The notes under the pieces were generated by a model, which saw only the letters and a list, made by a program, of their open reading frames with translations, was not told where the DNA came from and searched no databases. 64,000 nucleotides of DNA from an uncultured Acholeplasma sp. (GTDB lineage Bacteria > Bacillota_I > Bacilli_A > Acholeplasmatales > Acholeplasmataceae). This document shows positions 35,771 to 44,819 of the stretch, one piece after another. The number at the start of each line of letters is the position of its first letter. The first letter of the stretch is position 1. The stretch spans positions 135,959 through 199,958 of the forward strand of contig CAZYKH010000001.1 in assembly GCA_964648225.1 (NCBI GenBank). Direction: 5' to 3'. A program made the translations under genes and the position numbers.

Positions 35771-37174
35771 TTAAATGACCTTTTTAGGATTTAAAATATG
35801 TTTTGGATCAAAGACTGATTTAATGCCTCGCATCAGTTCAATTTGTTCTTTACCTAAGAGTTCATGCATGTATGCTTTTTTGGCAATACCTATACCATGC
35901 TCTCCTGAGACCCTACCACCATAACTAAAAGCTTTTTCATAAAGTAAGTCAAAAGCATTTTTTAATACTTTTTGCCAGGAAGTTTCATCCATATTATCCT
36001 TACATAAATAAATGTGTAGGTTACCATCTCCAATATGGCCAAAATATGGGATTCTAACATTAAGTTTTTTACTCACTTCATTCACATAATTTAAAAAGCT
36101 TTCAATATGTGATCTTGGTAAAACGACATCACATTCATCAATAAAGTCAGAGCTTGCCTTAATGGCATTTAAAAATCCACCACGTATATTCCATATATTG
36201 GAACGATGTTTTTGTGGGTCAACGATTAAGGCACTTTTTGCACCATATGTTTCTAACATAAGTTTTTTTACATGTTCTAAATCTTTATCAAGTGATGACT
36301 CATTACTACTATCATAACTTAATAGCAAGTAAGCATTGGCACCTTCACCTTCAACTTTTGTACCAAAAAAGGTTTCACTATACTCCACTGCTTGCTTTTC
36401 AAAAAACTCAACGGCCGTTGGTAGTATAAAGTCTTTAATGAGTTTAGGTGATGCATGAATGGCATCACTTCTTTTATCAAAAGCAACCAACATAGATTTT
36501 GTGTACTTTGGTTTTGGAATGAGTTTTAAGGTTGCACTGACAATAATTGCTAGGGTACCTTCACTACCTATGATTAAGTCTTTAAGTCCATAACCGGTCG
36601 AATCCTTAACCACTTTTCCACCTAGTGTTAAAAGCTCACCCTTAGGGGTCACTACTTCTAGTGCGCGCACCCATGCTCTTGTTGTACCATATTTAATGGC
36701 ACGCATTCCACCAGCATTGGTTGAAATATTACCACCAATCGATGCACGTTTTTCACCAGGATCTGGTGCATAAAATAATCCTTTAGATTCTACTGCATCA
36801 TAGATTTCAAATAACCTAACGCCTGGTTCGACTGTCAAGGTTAAATTAACTTCATCAAGTTCGATGATTTTATTCATCCCAGACATATCTAATAATATAC
36901 CACCTAAAATAGGCACAGCAGCACCGACTAAGCCGGTGCCTGCGCCTCTTACTGTTACGGGTATGGATGCTTTATAAGCATATGCCATTATTTTTACAAC
37001 TTGATGTTTGTCTTGAATGCGTATATAAATATCTGGCATATGTTGTGCAGTGCCTAATTGATCATGACTATACTTAGGATCAATGTCTTTACCCATTTTT
37101 ATATGATCTGAACCAACAATTTCTTTTAGGTATAAAAAATCATCGGTATTTACTTTTTTATATGTCATCTTCAC
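35771..37174 (-). CDS. FAD-linked oxidase, GlcD / D-lactate dehydrogenase family
   Basis: 467 aa. FAD_binding_4 motifs (VTVRGAGTGLVGAAVP, GGNISTNAGGMRAIKYG) and a C-terminal FAD-oxidase domain (GEHGIG). Confidence 0.85.
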   Translation of the reverse strand: MKMTYKKVNTDDFLYLKEIVGSDHIKMGKDIDPKYSHDQLGTAQHMPDIYIRIQDKHQVVKIMAYAYKASIPVTVRGAGTGLVGAAVPILGGILLDMSGMNKIIELDEVNLTLTVEPGVRLFEIYDAVESKGLFYAPDPGEKRASIGGNISTNAGGMRAIKYGTTRAWVRALEVVTPKGELLTLGGKVVKDSTGYGLKDLIIGSEGTLAIIVSATLKLIPKPKYTKSMLVAFDKRSDAIHASPKLIKDFILPTAVEFFEKQAVEYSETFFGTKVEGEGANAYLLLSYDSSNESSLDKDLEHVKKLMLETYGAKSALIVDPQKHRSNIWNIRGGFLNAIKASSDFIDECDVVLPRSHIESFLNYVNEVSKKLNVRIPYFGHIGDGNLHIYLCKDNMDETSWQKVLKNAFDLLYEKAFSYGGRVSGEHGIGIAKKAYMHELLGKEQIELMRGIKSVFDPKHILNPKKVI

Positions 37175-37177
37175 TAC

Positions 37178-38746
37178 CTAATTAGTTTGAGCAATATTTC
37201 TAAATAGATCTAATATCGCACGGACATCATCATTGTGGACATTATATGTAAATGTATCACTAAATGGTGAGGTTGCATAGTTTGGATTACCTTTAACCCG
37301 TACTTGGATTTCATGGGTTCCGGCTGCTAATATTAAAGGTATGGATTCTTTCGTAACATAAGTTTCTCGTCCATTAATCTTTAATATATATTGCATGTTT
37401 TCATTATTACCTGTGAAATGGAATACCCCTTCACCATCTACATATAACCCAGTTGGTGCTTCATAAGATGCTCTTGTATCTGGATAAGGTATTTCATAAA
37501 ATGTTGGTTCTAAATTACCTCTTGCAAATAATAAACCATTAGAAATGGATCGTATTGTCCCATCAGAGAACGTATTAAGACCATCATATTCACCTGTTTC
37601 ATCATTTCTTAATAACATTGTTGATGAACCACCACCATCTAAGTTAAAGGCATTAACTGCACCGTGAAGCTTCATTAATTCCCCTAATTCACCATATTTA
37701 ACACCATTTTTACCAGCTATAATATCACGACCATCAACAACGATAAAGAAAATTGTACCATCTTCTTTTTCACCAACTGCAGTTCTTGGGTGACGGAAGT
37801 GTGCCATATTATTACTTGGTAGCGATTGGAAGTAATCGTGTTGAACAACACCATTAAGAACTAGTGGTGCACCAGCACCAATAGCGTGTCTGACATTTTC
37901 AAAACCATTACCTAATAGTTCTTGAACAAGTAACGTATCAGTTGGTTGAATTAAATCTTCATCCTGAAACATTTTACCAACTAAAATAAATGATTTTTCT
38001 TCAACCGTAACTGCTTCAGTTGTTTTATAATCCAGTTGACCTTTAGAATAATTAGCATTACCATTAGCATCTGTTTTAATATCGCTTGCTTTTACGACGA
38101 CCTTAATATAATCTTCTGGAATTTCATCTTCAAAAGATGTATGGAAGATTGCTACCTCTAAATCATTTTGCGGTAATTGATTAATGCGATCAATTTTAAT
38201 ACGTTTTTTAAGTTCTCTAAACTCATTTAAAATATTTAAGTGTTGTCCTAAAAAGCTTGGATTGCCATGAACCATATCACCATCTGTTGTAAAACCTATC
38301 ACACTACGGTGAATGCTTGCTCCAACACCACGGTGTTTAACTTCATAATCTACAATATGTGTATGTGTTGAACGTCCGGTATTATTGATATCATAAAAGT
38401 CACCATTCACACCTGCAGTAATTTCTAACTGTGGAAATCTTTGTTGCGCAGTTGCGATATGTACTCTTAAATTAGACATACCCCATTCAAATGGGCGATA
38501 ATTATCACTAGCAATAACATTATAATCTGTTGTTTTGAGGTTAACTCCTAGATAATTATAATGTTGTTCTTTTTGTTCCTCATTCCATGTTAACAAACCT
38601 GTTCTGCGAATATGTTCTAAACCGTGAACATAACGTCTTTCATGAGTTAATATATCAAATCTAAAATCATTAGCACTATATGTATTCGGTGTTAATGATA
38701 ACAGCAGCATAATTGATACAAATATTGTTATAAATAGTTTTTTCAT
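37178..38746 (-). CDS. secreted phosphodiester glycosidase family protein (DUF2233 / NAGPA-like) with C-terminal Ig-like domain
   Basis: 522 aa. Signal peptide ending TYS|AND, RTAVGEKEDGTIFFIVVDGR and NLDGGGSSTM motifs characteristic of DUF2233. Confidence 0.75.
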   Translation of the reverse strand: MKKLFITIFVSIMLLLSLTPNTYSANDFRFDILTHERRYVHGLEHIRRTGLLTWNEEQKEQHYNYLGVNLKTTDYNVIASDNYRPFEWGMSNLRVHIATAQQRFPQLEITAGVNGDFYDINNTGRSTHTHIVDYEVKHRGVGASIHRSVIGFTTDGDMVHGNPSFLGQHLNILNEFRELKKRIKIDRINQLPQNDLEVAIFHTSFEDEIPEDYIKVVVKASDIKTDANGNANYSKGQLDYKTTEAVTVEEKSFILVGKMFQDEDLIQPTDTLLVQELLGNGFENVRHAIGAGAPLVLNGVVQHDYFQSLPSNNMAHFRHPRTAVGEKEDGTIFFIVVDGRDIIAGKNGVKYGELGELMKLHGAVNAFNLDGGGSSTMLLRNDETGEYDGLNTFSDGTIRSISNGLLFARGNLEPTFYEIPYPDTRASYEAPTGLYVDGEGVFHFTGNNENMQYILKINGRETYVTKESIPLILAAGTHEIQVRVKGNPNYATSPFSDTFTYNVHNDDVRAILDLFRNIAQTN

Positions 38747-38765
38747 TTACTTAACCTCCTATCAT

Positions 38766-39398
38766 TTACGCCGGTAAAACAAGATTAACTTGTCCGATAT
38801 TTGATATTGTTAAAGTCACCAAGTAAGTTGTCTCATTGACAACAATATCAAATATAATTTCATGGATATGGTTTTCATTGGCACGAAGCTGTAGTACTTC
38901 AATTGAATCTACTGCTTCATGAAGACCAATAAAACCATCTAATGATGCTAAATCATCTGATTTCATAATGTATGATGTTTCGTTATTTACGCTAAATTGT
39001 TCGAACTCAAAACCATAGAAGAATAAGTCGGATGATTTAAAGTTTGACTCACTGACTACGAATGTATTACCTTGTTTTTCATACATCTTAGATTTTGAGC
39101 CACTATTATCATAGTAAGCTTCATAATCACCGTCGATATATTTGACGACATCCCCATCAAAATACATCATAACAATCGTTTCTTTTAATGCTTGATGATC
39201 TTTTACTTTGATTTCTAATTCAAAATTATTTTCATCTAAAAATTGTAAACGTTCATTAAATAACGTTTTGGCTACTTCATCTGGATTATCTGTTCCATCG
39301 CCATTACCGTTACCATCGCCATTACCATTATTAGCTGGTAAACAACCAACAAGTAGTAAACTTAATGCAAAGATGACGGTTAATAATATTTTCTTCAT
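38766..39398 (-). CDS. lipoprotein of unknown function
   Basis: 210 aa with lipobox LLVGC and an NGNGDGNGNGDG linker. First gene of the transcription unit. Confidence 0.7.
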   Translation of the reverse strand: MKKILLTVIFALSLLLVGCLPANNGNGDGNGNGDGTDNPDEVAKTLFNERLQFLDENNFELEIKVKDHQALKETIVMMYFDGDVVKYIDGDYEAYYDNSGSKSKMYEKQGNTFVVSESNFKSSDLFFYGFEFEQFSVNNETSYIMKSDDLASLDGFIGLHEAVDSIEVLQLRANENHIHEIIFDIVVNETTYLVTLTISNIGQVNLVLPA

Positions 39399-39493
39399 TT
39401 TTCTTTCCTTCCTACTTTATTTTATAAAAACGCTTTCTTGTTTTCATTTTACAAAATATAGAGTGAAAATAATTTTGAATAAATGAATATTTA

Positions 39494-39529
39494 CAAAAAC
39501 AAAGGCCTAAAACGTTGAAGTTTTAGGCC
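39494..39529 (-). terminator. rho-independent terminator after the DUF2130 gene
   Basis: Stem GGCCTAAAAC / GTTTTAGGCC with a 6-nt loop, then TTTGTTTTTG on the minus strand. Confidence 0.8.
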
Positions 39530-39534
39530 CTAGT

Positions 39535-40875
39535 TTATTGATTTACTTTGTCGATATGATTTAATACTTTTCTAATTGAAAATGATTCAATTTTACTTTT
39601 AATCGTATTTAAGTGCGTATCTAAGACAATACGGGTACTTTCTTTTATAGCATCAGCACTTGAAATAATTGTTTCGGTGCGTTTTCTAATGTTTTCCATT
39701 TGAGTTCCGATATGACGTATGGAATTATTTAAAATTTCTTCTTTAAATGCTTCAAATGCTTCTAATATTTCAAGAGATTCTTTAAATTCAATACGTTCAG
39801 CTTCTTTTTCTGTAATAATATCAGCATATTTTAATCCGATAGATTCAATAATTCCTAACAGTGTCACAAAAAATTGTGGTCGTACAACATACATCTTTTC
39901 ATATTGATCTACGACAAATATTGGGGCATCAGACTCAACATTGTATTCTAATTCACTTACTAAAATAGCGTACTCTAAGTTTTTCTTAACCCTATCTTCA
40001 TGTAGTTTCTTATAGTGATCAGCATTCTTTTTCTTATTTTCAGATTCTAAAGCTTCACTTTTCATTTCAACCATCGCACTGGTTAATAAGATAGAGTGAT
40101 TTGAATCATTATAAACTTTAAAGATATAGTCACCCTTAGTACCTTTTGTATCCCCTTCAGATCTTACAACGACATTATCTTTTTCAAACGTTGACGTTTT
40201 AAAGCCAAAAAGGGAAACATTTTTGTATTGTTCATAGCACCAATTTTCTAAGTTTTCACCTATGTTTTTGACATTTCTAGATCCCCATTCACGTCTAAGT
40301 GTTTCTAGCTCTTTATCTTTGACATGAACTGCTTGTGTAAGGTCTTTTAGTTTTTCATTTAAAGACACTTCATGTTCTAGTTTTAGCTTTGCTTGTTCAG
40401 CTTTTAACGCTTCAATTTGAGCTAATCTTTGGTTAAGTTGTTCTTTATATTGGTTTTCTATTTTGAGTTGGGTTTGTGTTTCAATGAGCTTAATATCTGC
40501 TAATAATTTTTGTCGTTCTAATTCAAACTCTGATTTGAGTTTTTGTTCTATGATGCTTATATTTTTTTCACCCAAAGCTTGTTGATTTGCCATCTTTAAT
40601 TCAAGTTCTCTTTTTTCTTGAATGAGTTCATTTTTGGTTTGTTCAAATATACTTGCTTGTTCTTTTAAACTAAGTTTGGTTTTAGTTTCATTTTCTTGAA
40701 TGACATTTTCAAGCATACGTTGATAAACCTCATCAGTTTTTGCTTTAATGCGGTCTATAATGAATGATTCATCAACTGTATGTAATGACTTTAAGTCAAT
40801 TGTATCGCCCTTTTTACCATCCTCATTTAATTTTAGTGTATGTTGATCAACAATACTTACACTAAGTTTAGCCAT
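39535..40875 (-). CDS. DUF2130 family protein (long coiled coil + C-terminal PD-(D/E)xK-like region)
   Basis: Start moved to ATG 40875 (MAKLSVSIVDQ) with an AAGGGGGA RBS. Long E/K/Q-rich coiled coil. C-terminal GDYIF...VEMKS resembles a D...ExK nuclease motif. Confidence 0.7.
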   Translation of the reverse strand: MAKLSVSIVDQHTLKLNEDGKKGDTIDLKSLHTVDESFIIDRIKAKTDEVYQRMLENVIQENETKTKLSLKEQASIFEQTKNELIQEKRELELKMANQQALGEKNISIIEQKLKSEFELERQKLLADIKLIETQTQLKIENQYKEQLNQRLAQIEALKAEQAKLKLEHEVSLNEKLKDLTQAVHVKDKELETLRREWGSRNVKNIGENLENWCYEQYKNVSLFGFKTSTFEKDNVVVRSEGDTKGTKGDYIFKVYNDSNHSILLTSAMVEMKSEALESENKKKNADHYKKLHEDRVKKNLEYAILVSELEYNVESDAPIFVVDQYEKMYVVRPQFFVTLLGIIESIGLKYADIITEKEAERIEFKESLEILEAFEAFKEEILNNSIRHIGTQMENIRKRTETIISSADAIKESTRIVLDTHLNTIKSKIESFSIRKVLNHIDKVNQ

Positions 40876-40895
40876 GTAAATTCCCCCTTTTTTAT

Positions 40896-42299
40896 TTACC
40901 AATTGTGATGAAAATCACCTTTTTTATCAATACGTTCAAATGTATGTGCACCAAATAAATCACGTTGTGCTTGGATTAGATTAGCACTGGAGTTTTTAGT
41001 ACGATATGCATCAAAATAACTAATTGCTGCAGTAAATGCTGGTGTGCTTACACCATGTATAACAGCTTTAGTAATGGTTTTTCTTAAATTAAACTGATAT
41101 TTTTGTAGTGTATTTGAAAAAGTATCATCTAACATTAAATTAACTAAATTTTTATATTTACCATAAGCATCACTAATGATATTTAAAAACTTTGCACGAA
41201 TAATACACCCTGCTCTAAATATTTTAGCAATTGATTCAAAATTTAAATCCCAGTTATGTAGCTTGGCAGCATTTTTCATTAAATCAAACCCTTGTGCATA
41301 GGCAATAATCTTGCTAGCATAAAGTGCTTGACGTACCATTTCTACAAATTCTTTTTTATTCATACTTAATTTAGGTGCATCATATTTAAGGATTTTAGAT
41401 GCATGAACACGTTCATCTTTTTTTGAAGACATCAATCTTGCATAAACAGCTGAAGTTAAAAGTGAAGCATCAGTCCCTGTATTTAAGGCTTCTTCAGTTG
41501 TCCATTTACCGGTACCTTTTTGGGCTGCTCTATCTAAAATCATATCAATTAAATCATTGTTTGTTTCAGGATCCTTTGTTTTAAATATTTGTGCGGTAAT
41601 TTCAATTAAGTAAGAATCTAATTCACCTTGGTTCCACTCATTAAATACTTCACTAAGTTCTTTATTTGTTAGTCCACCTAATTGTTTTAATAAGGCATAA
41701 CTTTCTGCTATCAATTGCATATCAGCATATTCAATACCATTATGAACCATTTTGACATAATGACCTGCACCATCAGCACCAATATAATCTACACACGGTA
41801 GACCATCATCTGCCTTGGCAGCAATTGCTTCAAAAATTGGTTGAACATATTGATAAGAATCTTTACTGCCGCCCGGCATAATTGCTGGACCAAAACGGGC
41901 ACCTTCTTCACCACCTGAAATACCAACACCTAAATACCTAAATCCTTTTGACTCAAGTTCTTTAGTTCTCTTGATTGTGTCATTAAAGTTTGAATTACCA
42001 CCATCAATGATGATATCACCTTGGTCAAGCAGTGGTAATAGATCTGCTATGACATAATCTACTGGTTTACCCGCTTGAACCATTAAAATAACCTTTCTTG
42101 GTTTACTTAAAGCTGCTACAAAATCTTTTAAGTGTTCAAATAACGTTAAGTTTGCATCCGGGTTGTCTTTAATCACTTGTTGGCCGACAGAATAAGTCCT
42201 ATTATAAATAGCAACACTATAACCATTATCAGCCATGTTAAGCGCTAAATTTGAACCCATAACACGTAATCCAATTAATCCAACATCATGTAATTTCAT
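40896..42299 (-). CDS. gnd: 6-phosphogluconate dehydrogenase, decarboxylating
   Basis: 467 aa with the GLIGLRVMGSNLALN Rossmann motif and the GIEYADMQLI and GTGKWT motifs. Confidence 0.95.
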   Translation of the reverse strand: MKLHDVGLIGLRVMGSNLALNMADNGYSVAIYNRTYSVGQQVIKDNPDANLTLFEHLKDFVAALSKPRKVILMVQAGKPVDYVIADLLPLLDQGDIIIDGGNSNFNDTIKRTKELESKGFRYLGVGISGGEEGARFGPAIMPGGSKDSYQYVQPIFEAIAAKADDGLPCVDYIGADGAGHYVKMVHNGIEYADMQLIAESYALLKQLGGLTNKELSEVFNEWNQGELDSYLIEITAQIFKTKDPETNNDLIDMILDRAAQKGTGKWTTEEALNTGTDASLLTSAVYARLMSSKKDERVHASKILKYDAPKLSMNKKEFVEMVRQALYASKIIAYAQGFDLMKNAAKLHNWDLNFESIAKIFRAGCIIRAKFLNIISDAYGKYKNLVNLMLDDTFSNTLQKYQFNLRKTITKAVIHGVSTPAFTAAISYFDAYRTKNSSANLIQAQRDLFGAHTFERIDKKGDFHHNW

Positions 42300-42353
42300 A
42301 TTTTCCCTCCACTATATCAAGCTAAAAATGTATATCGTACATTTAACAAATTA

Positions 42354-42362
42354 ATTATAACA
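42354..42362 (-). promoter_or_regulatory. extended -10 promoter element upstream of gnd
   Basis: Minus strand TGTTATAAT (TGnTATAAT) about 55 nt upstream of the gnd ATG. The -35 element is weak. Confidence 0.4.
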
Positions 42363-42635
42363 TTTTTATATAGATTTCGCTTTAATCCTTATCAATTCTT
42401 TTCTTATTTTTTTCATACAAATCCATTTAGATTCAGTTTATATGTGAATTTTTTATATAATTACTCCAAGATTTAAAGTTAATTATTCATAGCACGTTTA
42501 TTTTAACAATCATCTATTTGAAATATCCCATTTTAAACTAGTTTCTTTGGTTGTCATTTGTTTCTTAGAATCACGGGCACGTGCATTATATACTCATAAA
42601 GTCATAATATAAAATTCGAAAACTTATTACGAAAT

Positions 42636-42665
42636 AAAAAAAGTCTGACATCATAAAGATCAGAC
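42636..42665 (-). terminator. terminator downstream of tRNA-Leu
   Basis: Stem GTCTGA / TCAGAC with an 11-nt loop, followed on the minus strand by seven T. Confidence 0.65.
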
Positions 42666-42677
42666 AAATTTCAAAAT

Positions 42678-42763
42678 TGGTGCTCGGGAAGGGATTTGAA
42701 CCCTCACAGGATTTCTCCCACTACCACCTCAAGGTAGCGTGTATACCGTTTCACCACCCGAGC
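42678..42763 (-). tRNA. tRNA-Leu (anticodon GAG), class II with long variable arm, CCA encoded
   Basis: Minus strand GCTCGGGTGGTGAAACGGTATACACGCTACCTTGAGGTGGTAGTGGGAGAAATCCTGTGAGGGTTCAAATCCCTTCCCGAGCACCA. The 7-bp acceptor pairs, the anticodon stem is CTACC/GGTAG with loop TTGAGGT, and the T-loop is GGTTCAAATCC. Confidence 0.9.
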
Positions 42764-42773
42764 ATGCTATAAA

Positions 42774-42802
42774 ATAATATCACTTTAAATGATAAAAATC
42801 AA
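42774..42802 (-). promoter_or_regulatory. putative promoter of tRNA-Leu
   Basis: Minus strand TTGATT (42802..42797), 17 nt, TATTAT (42779..42774), about 10 nt before the mature 5' end. Confidence 0.5.
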
Positions 42803-42810
42803 TACACCAT

Positions 42811-42857
42811 AAAAATAATGGAAGCAGACTTAATTAAATGTCTTGTTTGCTTCCATT
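42811..42857 (-). terminator. terminator after the DAK2 (yloV-like) gene
   Basis: 10-bp stem AATGGAAGCA / TGCTTCCATT with an inner GAC/GTC extension, followed on the minus strand by ATTTTTAT. Confidence 0.6.
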
Positions 42858-42877
42858 ATGATTAAGTTTTTTATAAT

Positions 42878-44578
42878 TTACTCGACTGCAATAATATATG
42901 AATAAATATCTTGCTTGCCATCGATTGTTTCAACTTCACAGTCTTCATTGACTGATGAGACAAACTCAACAACCTTTTCAACCTCGTCTTGGCTAACACC
43001 GTTTCCAATAAAGAGGGTTGCGATTTCTGATTCATCATCGATTAATGATTTCAGTAACTTTGTTACAGTTTCATATCGATCTTTAGATGAAACAATAATC
43101 TTAGATTTCGATAGACCTAAATAATCTCCGGTTTTGACTTGTACACCATGCATTTCAGTATCTCGAACTGCATAGGTAACTTCACCGGATTTCATTTCAG
43201 ATACAACTTCCAACATTACTTCTGTATTTTCCTCAATAGTTGCCGTTGGATCAAATGAAATAAGCGCTGTATATCCTTGTGCAACAGTCTTAGTTTTTAA
43301 TACAGATACATTTTGGTTTTCAGTTAAACTCGCTGCTTGTTCAGCAGTTAATATAATATTAGAGTTATTTGGTAAAATAATGACATTATCAGCGTTAACA
43401 GCTTCAATAGCCTTAATAAAGTCTTCTGTTGGTGGGTTCATTGTTTGACCACCATCAATAACAATATCAACACCTAATTCTTTAAAGGCAGCTTTTACAC
43501 CTTCGCCTTGACCAACTGCAATTAAACCATATTTTGATCTCGGTTTTTTAGCCTTAGCCGCTTCCAAGTCTAAAGGTGCATGACCATGGGCTCCATGATC
43601 ATGTGCACTGTGATCTTGACCTGTGATACTTCCATGTTGTAGTCGCATATTATCTATTTTGATTGTTTTTAACTCACCAAATTTTTGAGCAAGTGTTAGT
43701 GCCACACCAGGTTGATTTGTATGTACGTGAACTTTTAATAACTCTTCATCTGTGACAACAACTAATGAGTCGCCCATTTGTTCTAACGGGTTACGAACGT
43801 TGTTCACATCAAAGTTTTTCCAATCAAATAATTCAACAATAAATTCAGTACAATAACCAAATTTAATATCGACTTCCCCAAGATTATGCGCACCAAGATA
43901 TTCAGGATTGCCACCCTGAGGCATTGATTTTACAACATCTTGTTCTGTGAGCACTTCACCTTCAAGTGCCATTAACATACCTTCAATAATTTTAATAAAC
44001 CCAGCACCACCACTATCTACAACACCAGCTTCTTTTAAGACAGGTAGTAAATCAGGTGTTTTAATTAAGGTTTCTTTTGCTTGCATTAGATATGTTTTTA
44101 AAACATCTTCAATCGATGTAAATTTCTTTTGATCCTTTAATACACGCTCAGCTGATTCTCTAACCACAGTTAAAATGGTTCCTTCCACAGGATCCATGAC
44201 TGCACGGTATGCCATTTGGTAGCCACCGACCAGTGCTTGTATAAATTCTTTAATTGTTAGTGAGCCGTTATTAATTTTAGAAATTTCAGAATATAACCCT
44301 CTAAAGAATTGAGATAAGATAACGCCTGAGTTACCTCTTGCGCCCATGAGTAATCCTCTAGATAAGATTTTTGATACATCTACGATTGAAGTTGACTGAT
44401 CTTGGGAAACTTCTTTAACACCCGCCATCATTGTCATTTGCATATTTGTCCCCGTGTCACCATCTGGTACCGGAAACACATTAAGGTGATCCACTTCTTT
44501 ATGATTATTTTTTAAGTGGATAGCACCATTAGTGACCATCTTCTTAAAGAGATCACCACTAATTTTTTTATTAGACAT
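42878..44578 (-). CDS. DAK2 domain-containing protein (YloV family)
   Basis: 566 aa. N-terminal DhaL/Dak2 motifs (FPVPDGDTGTNM, GARGNSGVILSQ) and a YloV-type C-terminal domain. Divergent from rpmB, as in Bacillus. Confidence 0.9.
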   Translation of the reverse strand: MSNKKISGDLFKKMVTNGAIHLKNNHKEVDHLNVFPVPDGDTGTNMQMTMMAGVKEVSQDQSTSIVDVSKILSRGLLMGARGNSGVILSQFFRGLYSEISKINNGSLTIKEFIQALVGGYQMAYRAVMDPVEGTILTVVRESAERVLKDQKKFTSIEDVLKTYLMQAKETLIKTPDLLPVLKEAGVVDSGGAGFIKIIEGMLMALEGEVLTEQDVVKSMPQGGNPEYLGAHNLGEVDIKFGYCTEFIVELFDWKNFDVNNVRNPLEQMGDSLVVVTDEELLKVHVHTNQPGVALTLAQKFGELKTIKIDNMRLQHGSITGQDHSAHDHGAHGHAPLDLEAAKAKKPRSKYGLIAVGQGEGVKAAFKELGVDIVIDGGQTMNPPTEDFIKAIEAVNADNVIILPNNSNIILTAEQAASLTENQNVSVLKTKTVAQGYTALISFDPTATIEENTEVMLEVVSEMKSGEVTYAVRDTEMHGVQVKTGDYLGLSKSKIIVSSKDRYETVTKLLKSLIDDESEIATLFIGNGVSQDEVEKVVEFVSSVNEDCEVETIDGKQDIYSYIIAVE

Positions 44579-44819
44579 AGTTTTTCCTCCGATTCACCAA
44601 ATCTGTTAGATGAATGCTTGATTAAGTTATTTTTTAAACGATTAATTTACTTTGAGTTCTTAATCGATATTAAGTATATCATAATATTTTTAAATTGCAA
44701 TCTTTTATAAATTCAAACGAATACTCATATATTATATCACAATTTAAATTGTGGGTAAACTTTATGTAAACTACACAAAAGTATTATTTTTATCATTATT
44801 CCTTTTATTAAAAAAACAA

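Noticed and set aside
42678-42763. tRNA-Leu as a possible integration site marking the accessory locus as a genomic island
   Set aside because: No integrase, recombinase, direct repeat of the tRNA 3' end or phage/IS remnant was seen. The tRNA is also separated from the locus by gnd and the DUF2130 gene.
43560-43640. His-rich segment HSAHDHGAHGHAP in the YloV-like protein as a possible metal-binding insertion
   Set aside because: It sits in the inter-domain linker, which is variable in this family, so there is no basis for a functional claim from sequence alone.
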